DNA of 64,000 nucleotides. It comes from Octopus bimaculoides. Its lineage: Eukaryota. Within the stretch, counting starts at the first letter, position 1. The number at the start of each line of letters is the position of its first letter. Of this stretch, positions 25,126 to 39,320 are shown piece after piece. The stretch spans positions 67,859,726-67,923,725 of the forward strand of contig NC_068992.1 in the NCBI RefSeq assembly GCF_001194135.2. The letters run 5' to 3'. Made by a program: the position numbers and the translations under genes. Below the pieces are notes generated by a model. The model was not told the DNA's origin. It ran no database searches and worked only from the letters and a program-made list of their open reading frames with translations.

Positions 25126-25560
25126 GAATAATGCGAGATTATTGTTGATTTCACGTATCGATCATTAACAAGGATTTCATACAATTAACTGAAATATCTA
25201 TAGTTCCCTAAAAATGATACACGCATGTCTAATTTAATAATTTGTATTGCATGTTCAATTCCACGCAAAAATATAATCGCTCTCAATGTGTTACGTTTTA
25301 TATTTTATGCAGTCGATATCTAGCGTTTGTCCCTATCTTCGATATAACTGTATGTCTTTGTTTAACTTTAGTCTTCTTCAACTGCTAGATTAGTTCGTCA
25401 ATGAAGTGGGGAAACGTTTTGTTAACTAGATGGTCTGCGTATATCAGACTTTGAAAGGATCATCTTCAACGGTAAAATATACTGTTGTGTCACAGATGAT
25501 TCATAACTCGGCTCTTTCGCTCAATTATTTCAAGAGGTATTGATGTCTAAGAGAAACTAA

Positions 25561-25603
25561 ACAGTATTTCACAGTATTTCACAGTATTTCACAGTATTTC
25601 ACA
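25561..25603. repeat. 10 bp tandem repeat (ACAGTATTTC)x4.3
   Basis: Four perfect copies plus ACA. Confidence 0.97.
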
Positions 25604-28279
25604 CTTACCAAATCCAGAGAATGGGATGAATGGTGTAACTAACTATTCGACAGTTCTAAACCAATCCACTTTGTTGCTAAAATATTTGGGCCTTTCTATA
25701 AATCTATCTCGCTGGGATTGTTTTCTCACATGCTCAAAATTACCATCCTACATTCAATGATTTGTCTAAGACGATTCATTTGTAAATAATGCTCTGCATT
25801 ACTCTATCCAACACAAAACAAAATAATTCGTCATATCAACACGCATGAATATTTTGCCAATATTTTGAAGGCCATTGATTGCTAATTTTATTCATTTTGA
25901 AAGTATTGATTTTGGAGCGTTTATAAGCATGATTAAGTTGTCTTCAAATATTTCCGGCTTTGATTTGTGAGGTGACATTATTATTATTTTGAAGTCTAAT
26001 TTGTCATCCTTACAAGGATTCATACATCATTATTAATTTCTTCCACTTTGTCTCAACATAATTTCAGTTTTCAGATTTACCGGATGGGGAGACAGAATTT
26101 TTTTTTCCGTGATGCATCGATATTTTCATCGAGGGTGTTTGTGATTTTTATTTCATTATTTATCGTGTTTCTCAGCCATATTTATGGAAAATATTTGGCT
26201 TCCAGCTGCACAGTATAAATAGATGATGTTAGGTTAATTGAGACGAAGGGGATAGTGATTAATTTAAACGAGCAGTAGATTATAATAAATTGGTTTGGCC
26301 GAGCTATTTCTCATGCTGTGAGATTTTGCACATGAATATGCACCATTAAAGGATTTTCATGGCGAAAGCTAAACACATACATACACGCATATACACGAGA
26401 GAAAATACATTTCTTATCACTTAAAAATACAAATCTTATCACTTAAATGTTGCGTGCGTTTCTCATATATTTCTATTTCATTTGAAACTAAATGATGTTA
26501 ATTATTCTCAAATTGAAATGAATTAATGCCCAGAGATTCTAATACTTTATGGGATTCAGTAGAAACTTGTACGCGGTCAGGCTGATATGGACTAAATCAT
26601 CACACTATTAAATTTGTAACATTTTCGAAGTTGCAAAAGTTACTAACATTTCTGTAAAACAAAAAAAAAAGAAGAGAAGACACCAGTTGTAAACAGCAAG
26701 TCTAAAGCCAGTATTTGTTGAACGTTTCTCTGTTAAAATTGGGCGGAGACACAAACATACCGGTGATGGTAGCCGACCGAAAGGGAAATCGGTCTTGGGA
26801 GGAATTTGAAATGCCAAGATTTTATGAGAACAATTGACTTGAAAGAGGATATTGTGAAATAAGAGTCCGGGGGCTATTTAGATAGGGGTACGTCCACTAG
26901 AGCTGGCTGTGAGTGAATGCAGTAATACTGTAAGTCATTCCTCTACTAACTTCAGTTACAAATATATTTGAATAACAAAAACTAGACATTCAAATGTTGC
27001 CATTCTGTTGTTGTGGTATAGCACCTCATATATAGAATCTTGTGACTTATGCAGTTCCTTCACTTGTACATGGGAAGTGAGCATTAGCTGCAATAACGCC
27101 TACCTGATCACCAGTGCAGAATACGTAACTGCTGACGCACCTCCTAATTTGCTAAGCATTCGTTGGCCAAATTAATGTTTACTGACTCAACGTAGTACAC
27201 GGATTTTTGCCAAACAAAATGTAGTTTCATCAACGAAAATTATTTATTTCGTAAGAATTTTAATCTAATTTTACTGCAACAAGCGTTACTACACAGACTG
27301 CAGAACACTTTTGTCTTCCACCTTGTACCTTAGATTATAGACCGGTGCCATCCTTCGCACTCAGTAGCTAAATACTCCCATGAATTGACAACCCCCACCT
27401 GTCCTGCTTCAATAAGATTTCATTTGATGACACACGTATCACGGAGTTTCTCACGCCTTCTCATACGGCTTCTAGTTTTACATGTCACTATGCAATTATG
27501 ATACTTGTATACATTACAAACGCCCACACACACACACCCACAGCCATACACACACATATGTATAAAAGTCAGTAACTGAAAATTACTAATAATATAAATA
27601 TTAAAAAAAAAATAAAATAAAAACGGAATGACAAAAACCTTTCTGAATGAAGTTTTGTATTGTATTAAGTACTTTCACAAATTATAGCTATTCACACACG
27701 TGTCCTAAGGCAATCTAAATATCCACATACAGGAAATTGTTTTAGTAAGGTTTTTGACAATTTCTCGCTTAGTTTTGGATTTTGAATTCATTTGCCTTTT
27801 GTTGTTAATCATTTCCTCCCACAATTTGAAAAAGAAAAGGAAATATTATGAATTTACCATTTGCACAGAAATCTCGTTATTGTTTACATGGAATATGTCT
27901 TCGGAATGTATGTGATATTTGTTGCTTATCTGCGTTAACTATATCGGCTTTCATACAGTTTCACCAATCTAATTCACATTTTATTGTTGGCACGTGAAGC
28001 ATGATACGAGAGTTTTTGTAATGCAATTAATATTTTGATTAACCGTAAATTATTGATTTTATTTCGTCTATTGAAATGAATTTCACTTTCGTTAAATTGG
28101 TGATACCTTATGTATTTTGTCTGAGATTTCATGAAGCAAAATTTTGTAGAGTGCACAAAATTGCTGTAGAAATATATGTAGGTGCAGAAATAGAAAGGTA
28201 TGATTGACAGAAGAATAAAACTGGATATATAAATCTCTGTTCCCCTTATTAATTTAGATGTATGTATGCGTGTATGAAT

Positions 28280-28334
<55 letters not shown>

Positions 28335-29237
28335 AAGGAAATGATTATATATTGCTACTATATATATTAAAATCTTACATGTAATAGATTAGCGTGAATT
28401 CTTTTCGTATATGTATCATCCTCTAAATATTTATTACTTTAATTATGCAATTTGAAACCTTGAATTTAATATTTTCAGTTTACTTTGCCAGCATAATTCC
28501 TGTGTACTCTGTTTTTTTTTTATTTATACAGAACACCCTATACAATATCCATGCGCATAATTTAAGCGGCTCCTCAAACTGTATCACCTACTTTTTCTTT
28601 ATAATATTATTTTAGTAACTATATGCTATATGTCTTCACATTTTAACACAAGTTACGTTCATTTCCTTTCGCTGTAAGTTTATTTATGTTGATTAGAGTT
28701 TTTGTCTTAATGATTAAATCTCTTCTTTTATTTAATATAATTATAAAACAATTTACTTAGATCACATACTCCAAAACATTTATTATCTTGCTTATGTATC
28801 AACGCACTAAAAATATATCCCTTATCATCCTTCGAAAGCTTTTAATCTTTTAAAACATATTGATTAAATAAATTTCTTCTTTCCTTTACCTCCATATTTT
28901 CTGGTTTTATCTCCAAAATCTTTTTAGATAATTTCATTAACACGATTAATTTAGGCTTCAGAATAATAATCGTCTTCATTTCAATGGTGTCCAATCAAAC
29001 TTATTTCCCATCTAACCATCACATAAGATCTTAATTCAACACTTAATTCTATTGGCCAATCCGCTTCTCCTACTACACACACATTCTGCCTCCTAATTTT
29101 ACAAACCCATCTTACTGCATTTTATAATCATTTCATTTAATGCATTTTCCTACTCTCTAGTTTCTTAGACTCTCTTCCTCCCTCTCAATCAACTCTCTCA
29201 ATCGCTTTCTCTCTTCCTCCTCCTGTATCTATCACTC

Positions 29238-29290
<53 letters not shown>

Positions 29291-29519
29291 TCCGAAACAG
29301 TAACCATAGTCTTTCAATCTTTCATGAATTTATCCTGCAACCAAAATCATATGCGTTTCTATCCCTCATAGTCCACTTATTTATAATATCTATTGGCAGA
29401 TATATGTATGTAAACACATGCATATATAAATGCAATCAGACACATGTATATGCATACATACACATGTATATGCATACATACACACACACATATGGATAGA
29501 TAAATAGCTAGATAGATGC

Positions 29520-29551
<32 letters not shown>

Positions 29552-29867
29552 TTGTGTGTGTTTGAGTGTGTGTCTGTGTGTGTGCGTGTGTGTGTGTGTG
29601 TGCGTGTGTGTGTGTATGTGTGTGTGTGTATGTGTATCCAAAATTAGGGAATGGAGTAGATAAAATCCAGACTACTTATGCCTCATAGCTAGCAGAACAT
29701 AGGAAGTAGGAATTATCCAAATAAGGGGTGGACCGTAAGCTACTCTTCAGGCCAAGGATACATTGTTCTTTAAGAGATGGCGTATTACCTCGACGGGGAG
29801 TCGACCAAAACGCTTAGAAAGCACAGTTCGAGAGGAAAACATATTTGTGAAGAAATAAAAATAAAAG

Positions 29868-29933
<66 letters not shown>

Positions 29934-30152
29934 AAGCGTGTAAGTTTGTTATGAGAAGAAAAAGAATACGAATAAAGTGGGCGAGTGAGGAGAGAGGGTT
30001 GGGTATACAAATTTCAATACCAAACCTTCTTTCCGAACCCACCCCACTTTCCTTCATTTTTATTTCTTCCTTCTGCGTTTTCCTCTTTCCTTTTCATATT
30101 TTTCACCAGTTATCATATTCACTACCTTCTGCGCATGCGTACTTATATTTGG

Positions 30153-30430
30153 TACTATTGTGGTCACATGATTAAAGTTTGAGACTGATCGCATTATTTT
30201 TCCTTCTGGCTTTACAGTATAAGCATGGCCGCTTCACTAGCAATGTGCACCAAAGAAGAACAAAGCGCAGTGGTTCGATTTCTTTGATCGGAAGGTGTGT
30301 CAGGTACGAAACATCATCCACGATGCATAAAGTCTATGCAAGATTGGTGCCAAGAGAATTTACGTGCAAAGGTCGTAGGTTTGTCAACGTTTATTCGATT
30401 GCTTCAGAAAAACCGGACGACAGTTGACCT
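30153..30430 (+). mobile_element. Mariner 5' fragment, internally deleted
   Basis: ATG at 30225 gives MAASLAMCTKEEQSAVVRFL*SEGVSG, joined directly to HKVYARLVPREFT (the K.CARWVPR linker). A degenerate TIR-like AAAGTTTGAGACTGA lies upstream. Confidence 0.8.
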
Positions 30431-30566
30431 TATAATCACCGGTGGCACTGCATCGGAAGACTACGCAAGAGAGCTACTTTTTGTGCTATAAAGAGATTTA
30501 TTAATGACTTTTCGAGATTTATTATACCACTTACAAATAAGTCTTTTACAAATAGAGTCATACAAA

Positions 30567-30611
<45 letters not shown>

Positions 30612-31192
30612 TACATTTCTGCACACGTATACTCTTATGTATGTACAGAAACAAAAGTACTGAAATGAACAGAGAGCAATTATTGCTGTTATCTGCCGAA
30701 ACTTTTATTCAGATAATATGAATTCACAAATAATACTATGTCAATAAATGTGGTTCGTATTTCTATAGGAAAATCTATCATTGGAAACTCTTTATTCCAA
30801 CGATAAATCAATTTATCGAGGAAAACTTTCTGTTGTTAGTGTGAATATTTTCCAGAATGAGAACGTTCTTATTCGTGTACTTCTATGCTTCTAAAAATTA
30901 ATTATTCATAAATTATACTATTGAAAAAATACAAAAACTTTTACGATAATAATCAGTAATTAGTAGTCTAGTGTCACATTTACTCAAAATACAAAGGTCA
31001 AGTCATTTTATGATCAAGCTATTCTCTACGATTCCTTATTAAAGATTGTCTTCCATGAGAATTCAATGCCATGATTATTGGCCTATGTTCCGACTTGGTT
31101 TCTATAGGAAACTGACCGAAGATGAATACGAAAATTTCCATGAAGATGGAATGCGTCCAATGTGACAGCTAAACCATGTAGAATCAGTATTT

Positions 31193-31233
<41 letters not shown>

Positions 31234-32384
31234 NNNNNNNNNNGAGAGAGAGAGAGAAAGAGAAAGAGAGAAAGAGAGAGAGAAAGAGAGATTCAGATGA
31301 ATATGGTACTTAAGTTGAGGCACCAGAATATAGTACGGTATTATCCATACAATTTCAAAATAAAGTGCTTACAATCAAAATAAGCAACAAGGATATCCAG
31401 AGATAATGCAGTACTATCGTTTCACGCAACTCAATTTAATTGATCAAACCAACCATTACACCAATTTAAATGCAGAGCAATCCTCAGCTGCACAAAGACA
31501 TAGAATTTATTTAAATTAAAACAGATTGACACATTAGTATAATTTTGCCTAAAATCTCCAAGAAGTGAAGGAGATAGACAAAGAACATTGTTGCCCTTCC
31601 TTCCACTTAGAAGCTACTAAGGTATCAGGAAGAAAGACTTGTTACAGATTTTGCTTGTCACTTTTATATGGGGGCAGTTTTAATTTATAGACTAGTTTTA
31701 TCAAATCCTTGTATATCTCAGGCCGGGTCTATTAAGGGTTGGGCTGAGGGAGCCGACAGGAATCATAGTGAGTATAGTCATAGAAATCAAGATTTATTTG
31801 AATTAATATCATGGGATTTGGTAAAGGAAAACTTAAATCAAGATTTTAGCTGACAAATAAGGGAGTTGAATTTTATGACTATACCCACTATGATTTTTGT
31901 GATAACTAAAACTTCAGTCACATCAAGATTTTACAGAAACCGTTGACAGGAAAAATAAAAAAAGAAAGACAGTAAATAAAGTGTTTACGGTTTCTGTTGT
32001 CTTGTGTGTAGTTCGTTTTCCCGTCACGTATAAATATGTTTTCATATGAAAGGATCTAACTTGGGATTCGTTCCGACTTTGATGACGTCTTATTCTTTTT
32101 AGTGGATGTTTTTGGTCAAAGAATAGATTTTGGTTTGGCATTAGAGTTTTGTTTGTTTGTTTGTTTGGTTGATTGGTTGGCTGGTTGTTTGGTAGGGTGG
32201 TTGGATGGATGGATGGTTGGTTGATACCCTGTACAGAAGAAGAGGTTTTGATTGGTAGTAGATTTCGTCATGTCACCTTATTTTGATAAAGAACTTGTTT
32301 TTGCTTTGGTCAAGTTTGGCGCTCTACTGGGTTGACATATGTGTATATGTATGTAAGGTATACGCACTTATATATATATATATA

Positions 32385-32441
<57 letters not shown>

Positions 32442-35400
32442 ATAGATGCATTTATGTGTTTATGTATATATACACATACATACACATATATATCTATGTG
32501 TATAAATCATATATACGTGATGCATGCGCGCGCACACACACACACACGCACGCACGCACACATATATGATGATGTTATTCTGAATCTTTTTTTGCAATAA
32601 TGAAACGCAGACTATATCAATCCTCTTTACACAATAATAAATATTAACATAGAATAGAATGAAAGTAATACAATAACGGCTGGTATGAAACAATAAAAGT
32701 TCCAGACAAAAGTTGGCGTTCAAGAAGTGAATATAATATTTCTAGTTAGCGATATAGATGACATTTTCGACATAGTAAAAGCCAATTACTACGAGTGAGA
32801 AGAAATCAACTTGACATGGAAGCAAAAAGAATACAATCGATACATTAAATGCAACCATATCGAAAGTGTAAGTCAAGGACCAATATTATTAAGTGCAACT
32901 CTGAATATTGTCTTAATATTTTCTTTGGTTTCTTTTCTATTGGTCCTAACGAGACGCTTTTTCTTTCACAGAAACTTTTTTTCTCTTGCATTATTTAATT
33001 TTTCTTATATATTGGCAGACATTTTTTTCTGCTTTACTTTGCGTGAATTGTTCAATGAAGCCATTATTTTAGAATGTTCGTTTGTGTTTGTTTCACCGTA
33101 TGTTTTATTTTAAAGTCACATAAAATACATCACGATTGTTTCAAGTAACGGAAATACGAAGTCAAATACAAAACAACTAAATTACAGTATTTATAGTACA
33201 GACACAAAACTGTGCATATATAATAAGTTACATTTGATGAATTACACCATTATGTGCAACAAATGTTGCTTTCAAGCGCTTACAAAATTAAATATACTTT
33301 AAAATATAGTCCAACATTTTTTTTTCCGAATTTTATCTATCGACAAAGTATCTGTTCAAAAACGTATGAAAATGGAGACTGGATTCATAATCGATATCAG
33401 TCTGATGTCCTCCTTAATGTCCATACACGTGCACGACACGAACTGATTCGGCTCTCCGTTCTATTAATTCATGAACTCAGTGAACAGTTCCGGCATTTAT
33501 AACGTTTGAAATAAAATGTGTCTACAGATTAGTTTTGATAACATATCTCTTTGAAACTTTGAAATTTAGATTTAATGAAATGTATTTAGACATTTGATGT
33601 ATTAATGTATGTCTAATATAACAATTATGCACAATAATGTAAAATTGCGGTGAACGTAATCATTTTGGCGCTGTTTGGTTGCTTGAGTGCATAGATGTAA
33701 GTTTGTTATATGCCTATTGAACATATTACTAATATAGTTCTAATACAGTTCTTAGATACCACACGAAAAATTCAAATCTGTTTTGAAAGAGAGAAGTAAA
33801 ATTTTGTATAAAAGTAAAGTTTGAAGCAAATGATTAAATATGCGGCTATCGTAAATCACCAAATAGTAAACTCTTGCTGGGAGCAAAGGGGAGACATTTG
33901 ATCCCAAGTGTGGTTGCCATTTGAACAAACACGCAAAAACTTAATTCCATATTGAACATCGTACTAATAGCTTTGAAAATGCGGCTACAGTTCTAGTAAT
34001 CGTTATGATTCTATATCTGATTTCTGTCGCATTTCGACCGACTGATGTAAAAGATCAATGAAAAATATATACAGATTCAAAGTCATCACTTCATCGTTGT
34101 AGCTACATGATCGGATGTTTTGAAATTTTATTGACAGTTCTGAGATTAGTTTTCTGATTTTTTTTCTTCTTTTTTATGAGTCCATTTATTAGGTACTCTC
34201 CTTCAGAGTTCTTTTAGCAAAGAATATTTAGCAGGAAAAAAATATCAATAATGATTACCTCATGACATATTTTTGATACGGACACCTGTAGCAAGATTAA
34301 TGATTAAGTATATGATGTGATTTAAGAGGAGCATGAAATGAGATTTTTGTGTCAGAAAACAAATGTGAAAATATTTATTTCTCAGTGTTGTACTCTTAGA
34401 GTAATACCTTAGCAAAATAAGTTGGAATGTATGACGTGGATGCAAAACTGAATCCTGTTCATTGCGCCACCCTTATAGAGTCTTCAAATATCGTCATTTA
34501 CAAAAAATAAACATAATCGGATGTGAACATCGTTTCATTTGAACATACATGAGTGGAATCTTTTTACCTGAACACTAATTCTAATTATCACAGATGTATA
34601 GATACTACTTGTGTTATCTAATTCTGGGGGAGGATTCAACTGAAAAACAATACATATAGATGTAAATCTCACTATAATTTATAATTGTACCTTAACCTAC
34701 TCAACAACTTAATTCATATAAAATTAGTAAATATATAATGAGGTACTTAGAAAAATCTTCAGTTAATTATTTTACCTACTGCATATTCCAGTCATAATAT
34801 CTAATACATGTCTGTAATATTTGGAGGGGAACTTATTCTTTACGCTTGTTTATGAAGCGTACGTGAATGCCTTTTCTCGCTTAGAACGTTACATGTACTT
34901 GAAATATATAATGGTAATGAATGCAGGCAATTCTTGAAACAATGTGTCTTTGTGAACACTGCCTATGTTACCATTATTTTGGTTGAAGAACCAAAAATTA
35001 CTTTTATACAGAAAGTATTATATTACACCTGTATTATTTAAATCGAACATACATTTAGCTGCAGAAGGTGAAGGTTGTGTACTGACAGCTGAATATTGCA
35101 AATAACTGGAATATTAAATATGAAGTCATCCAAAAACATAATTAATGAGACGATTGATCACTCTTTGAAATATATAATATGTTGGTTAGAGTGTGGAACA
35201 ATATCTCACCCGGGACTTAATGAATAGTTACAACAGAAAAATCATATGTGTGAAAAGGTGATGAAAGCAAACATAAATACATGTTGTCTTCTTAAAAGGC
35301 TGTGAACAATGCTATTCAATCGAATAAAACATTTATTGAATCAACTTTTTAAAATGGCAATATCTATACATTCCTCTCTTGCACAAAATGTATGACAAGT

Positions 35401-35699
35401 TAAATTGATCAATGTTCGCAAATGCATGAAACACTGACAGTTCTAATCTGTAATAAAGGTGATTTATTTGAAAGTTCCATTCAATGAACATATATTACTA
35501 AACGGACTGAATTCCATATAAACAGGAGACAACGTCCCTCCCGACTCAGCAAACCACAACAAGCTCTGATTCTACTGAAATATGGAAGAGCAGTAGACGA
35601 GTATAACACAGCACTGTTTAATTCTAGTGGTAACAGAAAATGTCTCAGATTAGTCCTTCGTGTAAAGTTACTATCATCTTTATCAGTTTATCAGGATAA

Positions 35700-37640
35700 C
35701 TATCTTTTGACAAAAGTTTCCAGAACACCTCACGATTAACAGTAACAAAGGCCTTGGCCAAATCGACAAGGACCATGGACAAGTCAATATATTTCTTGAA
35801 TCATGCCTCTCTCAGCCTAAAATTCACATTCGGATTCAAGATATATTCTGTTTACTACATGCATATTAATGCAGTTAAGAATCACCCTTGCAGGAATTTT
35901 TCCAGCAATGCACAACAAAATTATTCGCTGCGATTATCACATGCACTCGTCTTCTTTGTTTTGTCAAGAGCTTGGAGCTTGTATACGCTGGAACATTATC
36001 AGATAGAAGTAGCGGAATGGAAATTGTGAAACAAGCCGAGGCTGGATTATCAGCGATTGATAACTCGAAGTTACCAGGTAACTATAAAATTTGGTGCTTG
36101 CAGTTCGGTTTGTTACCGCGACTTTCGTGACCACTCTTAATATACGAGGTAGCCTTGTCACGAGTTCAGATTATTGAACAAAAATGTAATGTGTTCATTA
36201 GAAAGTTGCTAGGCCTACCTTGGATGTTGAACAGTTCAGCTCTTTATCGTAAAAGAGGTTCGTTGCAGTTACCACTATCATCAATAGTCAAAATATACAA
36301 ACTAGGGAAGATACGGACGGTAATGATGCTGAAAGAATCGGAGGACACGGAAATCAGGCGTAACCCACCAGAGGTGAAACCAGCCAGGAGGTGGAAAGCA
36401 GAAGCAGAGACTGATGACATCTTGTCTTCTCTTATACACAGAGATATGGTGGGTGCAACACAGAACCATCGGAGAGGACTTGGTTTTGGCACAAATCAGT
36501 TCAGGCCGTTCGCAAGTATGATGCGGAGCGAACGCAGATCTGTTGTTAGCAACAGCCTCAAAACAAGAGAAGCAGAGAGAAAAGAGCTTCATTCGATCCG
36601 ATGTAGTCAACAAGGGCAGATGAAGAGATGAGAAGAACATGTTGTTGAGAGGAAAATACGTTGGGATGAAATATGGAAGTAGACGACATCTCGGCCAAGT
36701 TTTCCGATTCGTTCATCCTATGATGTTTTGCCGTCACCTACGAATCTAGTAAGATGGAACGTCTCAGAGAATGACATATGCAAATACGGAAAAGTCGGAA
36801 CACTGAAACATATTCTGTTCAACTGTTCCTTAGCATTGAATAGGTATACATGGAGACACAACCTGGTCCTGAAGTTTATCTTCAATGCTATGAATAACAA
36901 AATTCATCTCAACAACACTGAGAAAAAACCGTTAAAAGAACCATATAGAGATTTTATTACCTTCGTGCTCTAAGATCAGCGGACCGTTTCAAGAAGAAGA
37001 ACAAGAAACTTCCTGTGAGAGATGAAAAGTGAAACTACTATTGGCAAGTGGCTTCAGATTTACCTGAGTGCCAGGCATTCTTTCCTATCCCAGTTACGGA
37101 AAAACCGGACATTTGAATGTGGTGTGACAGAAGGAAAGTTATAAATTTGGTTGAGTTAACGGTTCCTCATGAAGATAACATGGACGCCGCGCGCGCGGGG
37201 TCGAAAGATTGATCGTTATGTAAACCTCCTCGAGAAATGTGAAGACGCAGGCTGGAAAGCGGAGCATTTTCCAATCGAATTTGGATGTAGAAGGTTTGTA
37301 GGACACAGTGTGAGACGACTGCTGTTATCGTTAAGCCTAAGTCATCGTAAGGTAAATACCACCATGAGTGATGTGCAAAATACAGTGGAGAAGGGTAGCC
37401 ACTGGATTTGGTTAAAAAGAGATGATGAGCGATGGCTAGAGAAATATTGAGCTTTGTTTTTAATCACCAGTTGATCTAGCAAGCGGGGCCTCATATCAGT
37501 GAGGTGGGGCCGGTGCGCATTGATGCCGTCGAGAGGTAGGCCCTGAAACGGCGCGCATTCTCTCCTGATGATCCCATACACTTGCTGGCTTCCGGTATGC
37601 CAGTCGACTGGTAGCACTTGCATGTGCGAGTTGCTTGCAA
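35700..37640 (+). mobile_element. HERO-like RLE non-LTR retrotransposon, 5'-truncated and degenerate, with GC-rich 3' UTR
   Basis: In order: VKSLELVY...KLPGNYKIWCLQFGLLPRL; IRKLLGLPWMLNSSALY...LQLPLSS; SYDVLPSPTNLVRW..CKYGKVGTLKHILFNC..RYTWRHNLVL; KPDI...VELTVPHEDN; and GWKAEHFPIEFGCRRFVG...SHWIWLKR. This is the RT thumb, zinc knuckle and RLE order of HERO-type elements. Homology is clear from about 35960; 35700-35960 is tentative. Confidence 0.8.
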
Positions 37641-37724
37641 GACATCGTGTACAAATGCGTTATCGATACATCATTGAACTCTTGGAAAATGGATACAGTG
37701 TCATAAATCAGAATAATTTGCCCT

Positions 37725-37850
37725 GATTGTATACAAACTGTCTACTACCATGCTTCTACACTTCTATGGGAATACCATCATGTCCAGGAGCTTTACCATT
37801 GAATTTTCTTTTCATAGCAGTACTTATTTCGTCCAGTGAATTATCTTCTG
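37725..37850 (-). mobile_element. RTE-clade LINE fragment (start of RT region)
   Basis: Minus frame LDEISTAMKRKFNGKAPGHDGIPIEV*KHG contains the KAPG.DGIP.E motif. Confidence 0.75.
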
Positions 37851-38089
37851 CAATTCCTCAATTATATGCCTCTGAAGAATTTCATTGGTTACTTTCAGAT
37901 CGGAGTGAATTGCTGACTTAATACTGATTTAAAGTGTTCGGCCTATCATTTCAGAATTTCCCCTGCGTAATGTAATGAGTTTCAATGCGTCGTGACGAAG
38001 AATAGGATCCGTACCACTCTTTTTGGGATCAATTAAACTGTTCAGAACGTATTTAAGATGTGAATGTCATGAAGGATGGATGGATGGAG

Positions 38090-38157
<68 letters not shown>

Positions 38158-39280
38158 ATATGACCATGTGTGTGCTTGTGTGAATTTATGTGTGTGCACG
38201 TTTGTGTATATGTAATTGTGTTTGCACTATTAATACCAGTAGCTCTTTAAATACTTTCCTAAACGTTACTTTCAATTTTCTCCAATGTGTATCGACTATT
38301 AATCATAAAAATATTATACATTTCTTTTCTATTCGTGTTATCTATTATTTGGTTTCGCATATATTTACCGCACATCAATAATTCACAAACTTGTATTAAA
38401 TTACATCTTTTAACTTATTCACTTCTCTTTTACCAATCTTCTATTATATCATCCATCATATCTTGCTAAATTTCTAGCCATTATTTGGCATAATTTTCCA
38501 CGAGTATACGTTATGATATTTTTTTATTAAATCGCATCTTTACAATCAAATGCCTGCACTAACAGATTTGCTTACTTGCTTACACTATGGCTAGTCTCTG
38601 TCTGTATCACTTAAACATTTACACATTATCGTCTCAACCTGTATATCATTGTCTAAGTTTTGTCTTCAGTTGCATTCGTTGAGGAAGATGTTTCTATGAT
38701 TCCTCTTTGTCCCTATGTGGTAAGCCTCTTACAACATAGCCACATCAAATTTCAAGACTAAAGCAAACAAGAAAATCTTTTCCTTCATACCACACGACAG
38801 AACTTCTAGAAAACATTTTTTTTTTTGTTATTCTTTAAACACTTCGCTATTTGTAATTACGAACAGAATTTATTATTTTCAGAGCTAAAGAAGTTTTAGT
38901 TCCCTAACGTATTATTGCTATGGGATTTATCGAATATTTGAACTTCATCGATTCCTATTGCTGTGAACGTATCGAATACTTAAAATTTAATTATGTAATG
39001 TTTTTTATGAAACCTATTAAAGATTTTATTTGACTTCTTTAGCAAGTTTTATTGTCATCAAATTTGTCCTTTCAAATTTCTTTCCTTTAAACATTTAAAT
39101 TGTTTTTAATTTTTCATTCGCCAGTCGGCAATAATGATGAAACCGGTACGGTATTTTAATAAGACAAAATTTTAGAATCATTACAAGGACCCATAAAATC
39201 CAATTCTCTTAATATTCCTACTTGACTGGCAATAAAACGAATTTTTCCAGAGATTCACCCATATATATACNNNNNNNNNN

Positions 39281-39320
<40 letters not shown>

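Noticed and set aside
29720-29760. Hammerhead-like CTGAAGA-GTAGCTTAC-GGTC on the minus strand
   Set aside because: GAAA is missing and there is no convincing stem I.
31045-31165. PTP-like QCHDYWP in a 40-codon frame
   Set aside because: Single short motif with no other phosphatase motifs or supporting exons.
34259-34285. Isolated minus-strand micro-exon candidates (also 55827-55866, and plus-strand 13714-13783 and 31719-31766)
   Set aside because: AG/GT signals are plausible but the pieces could not be chained in phase into a recognisable protein; such signals are frequent by chance in AT-rich DNA.
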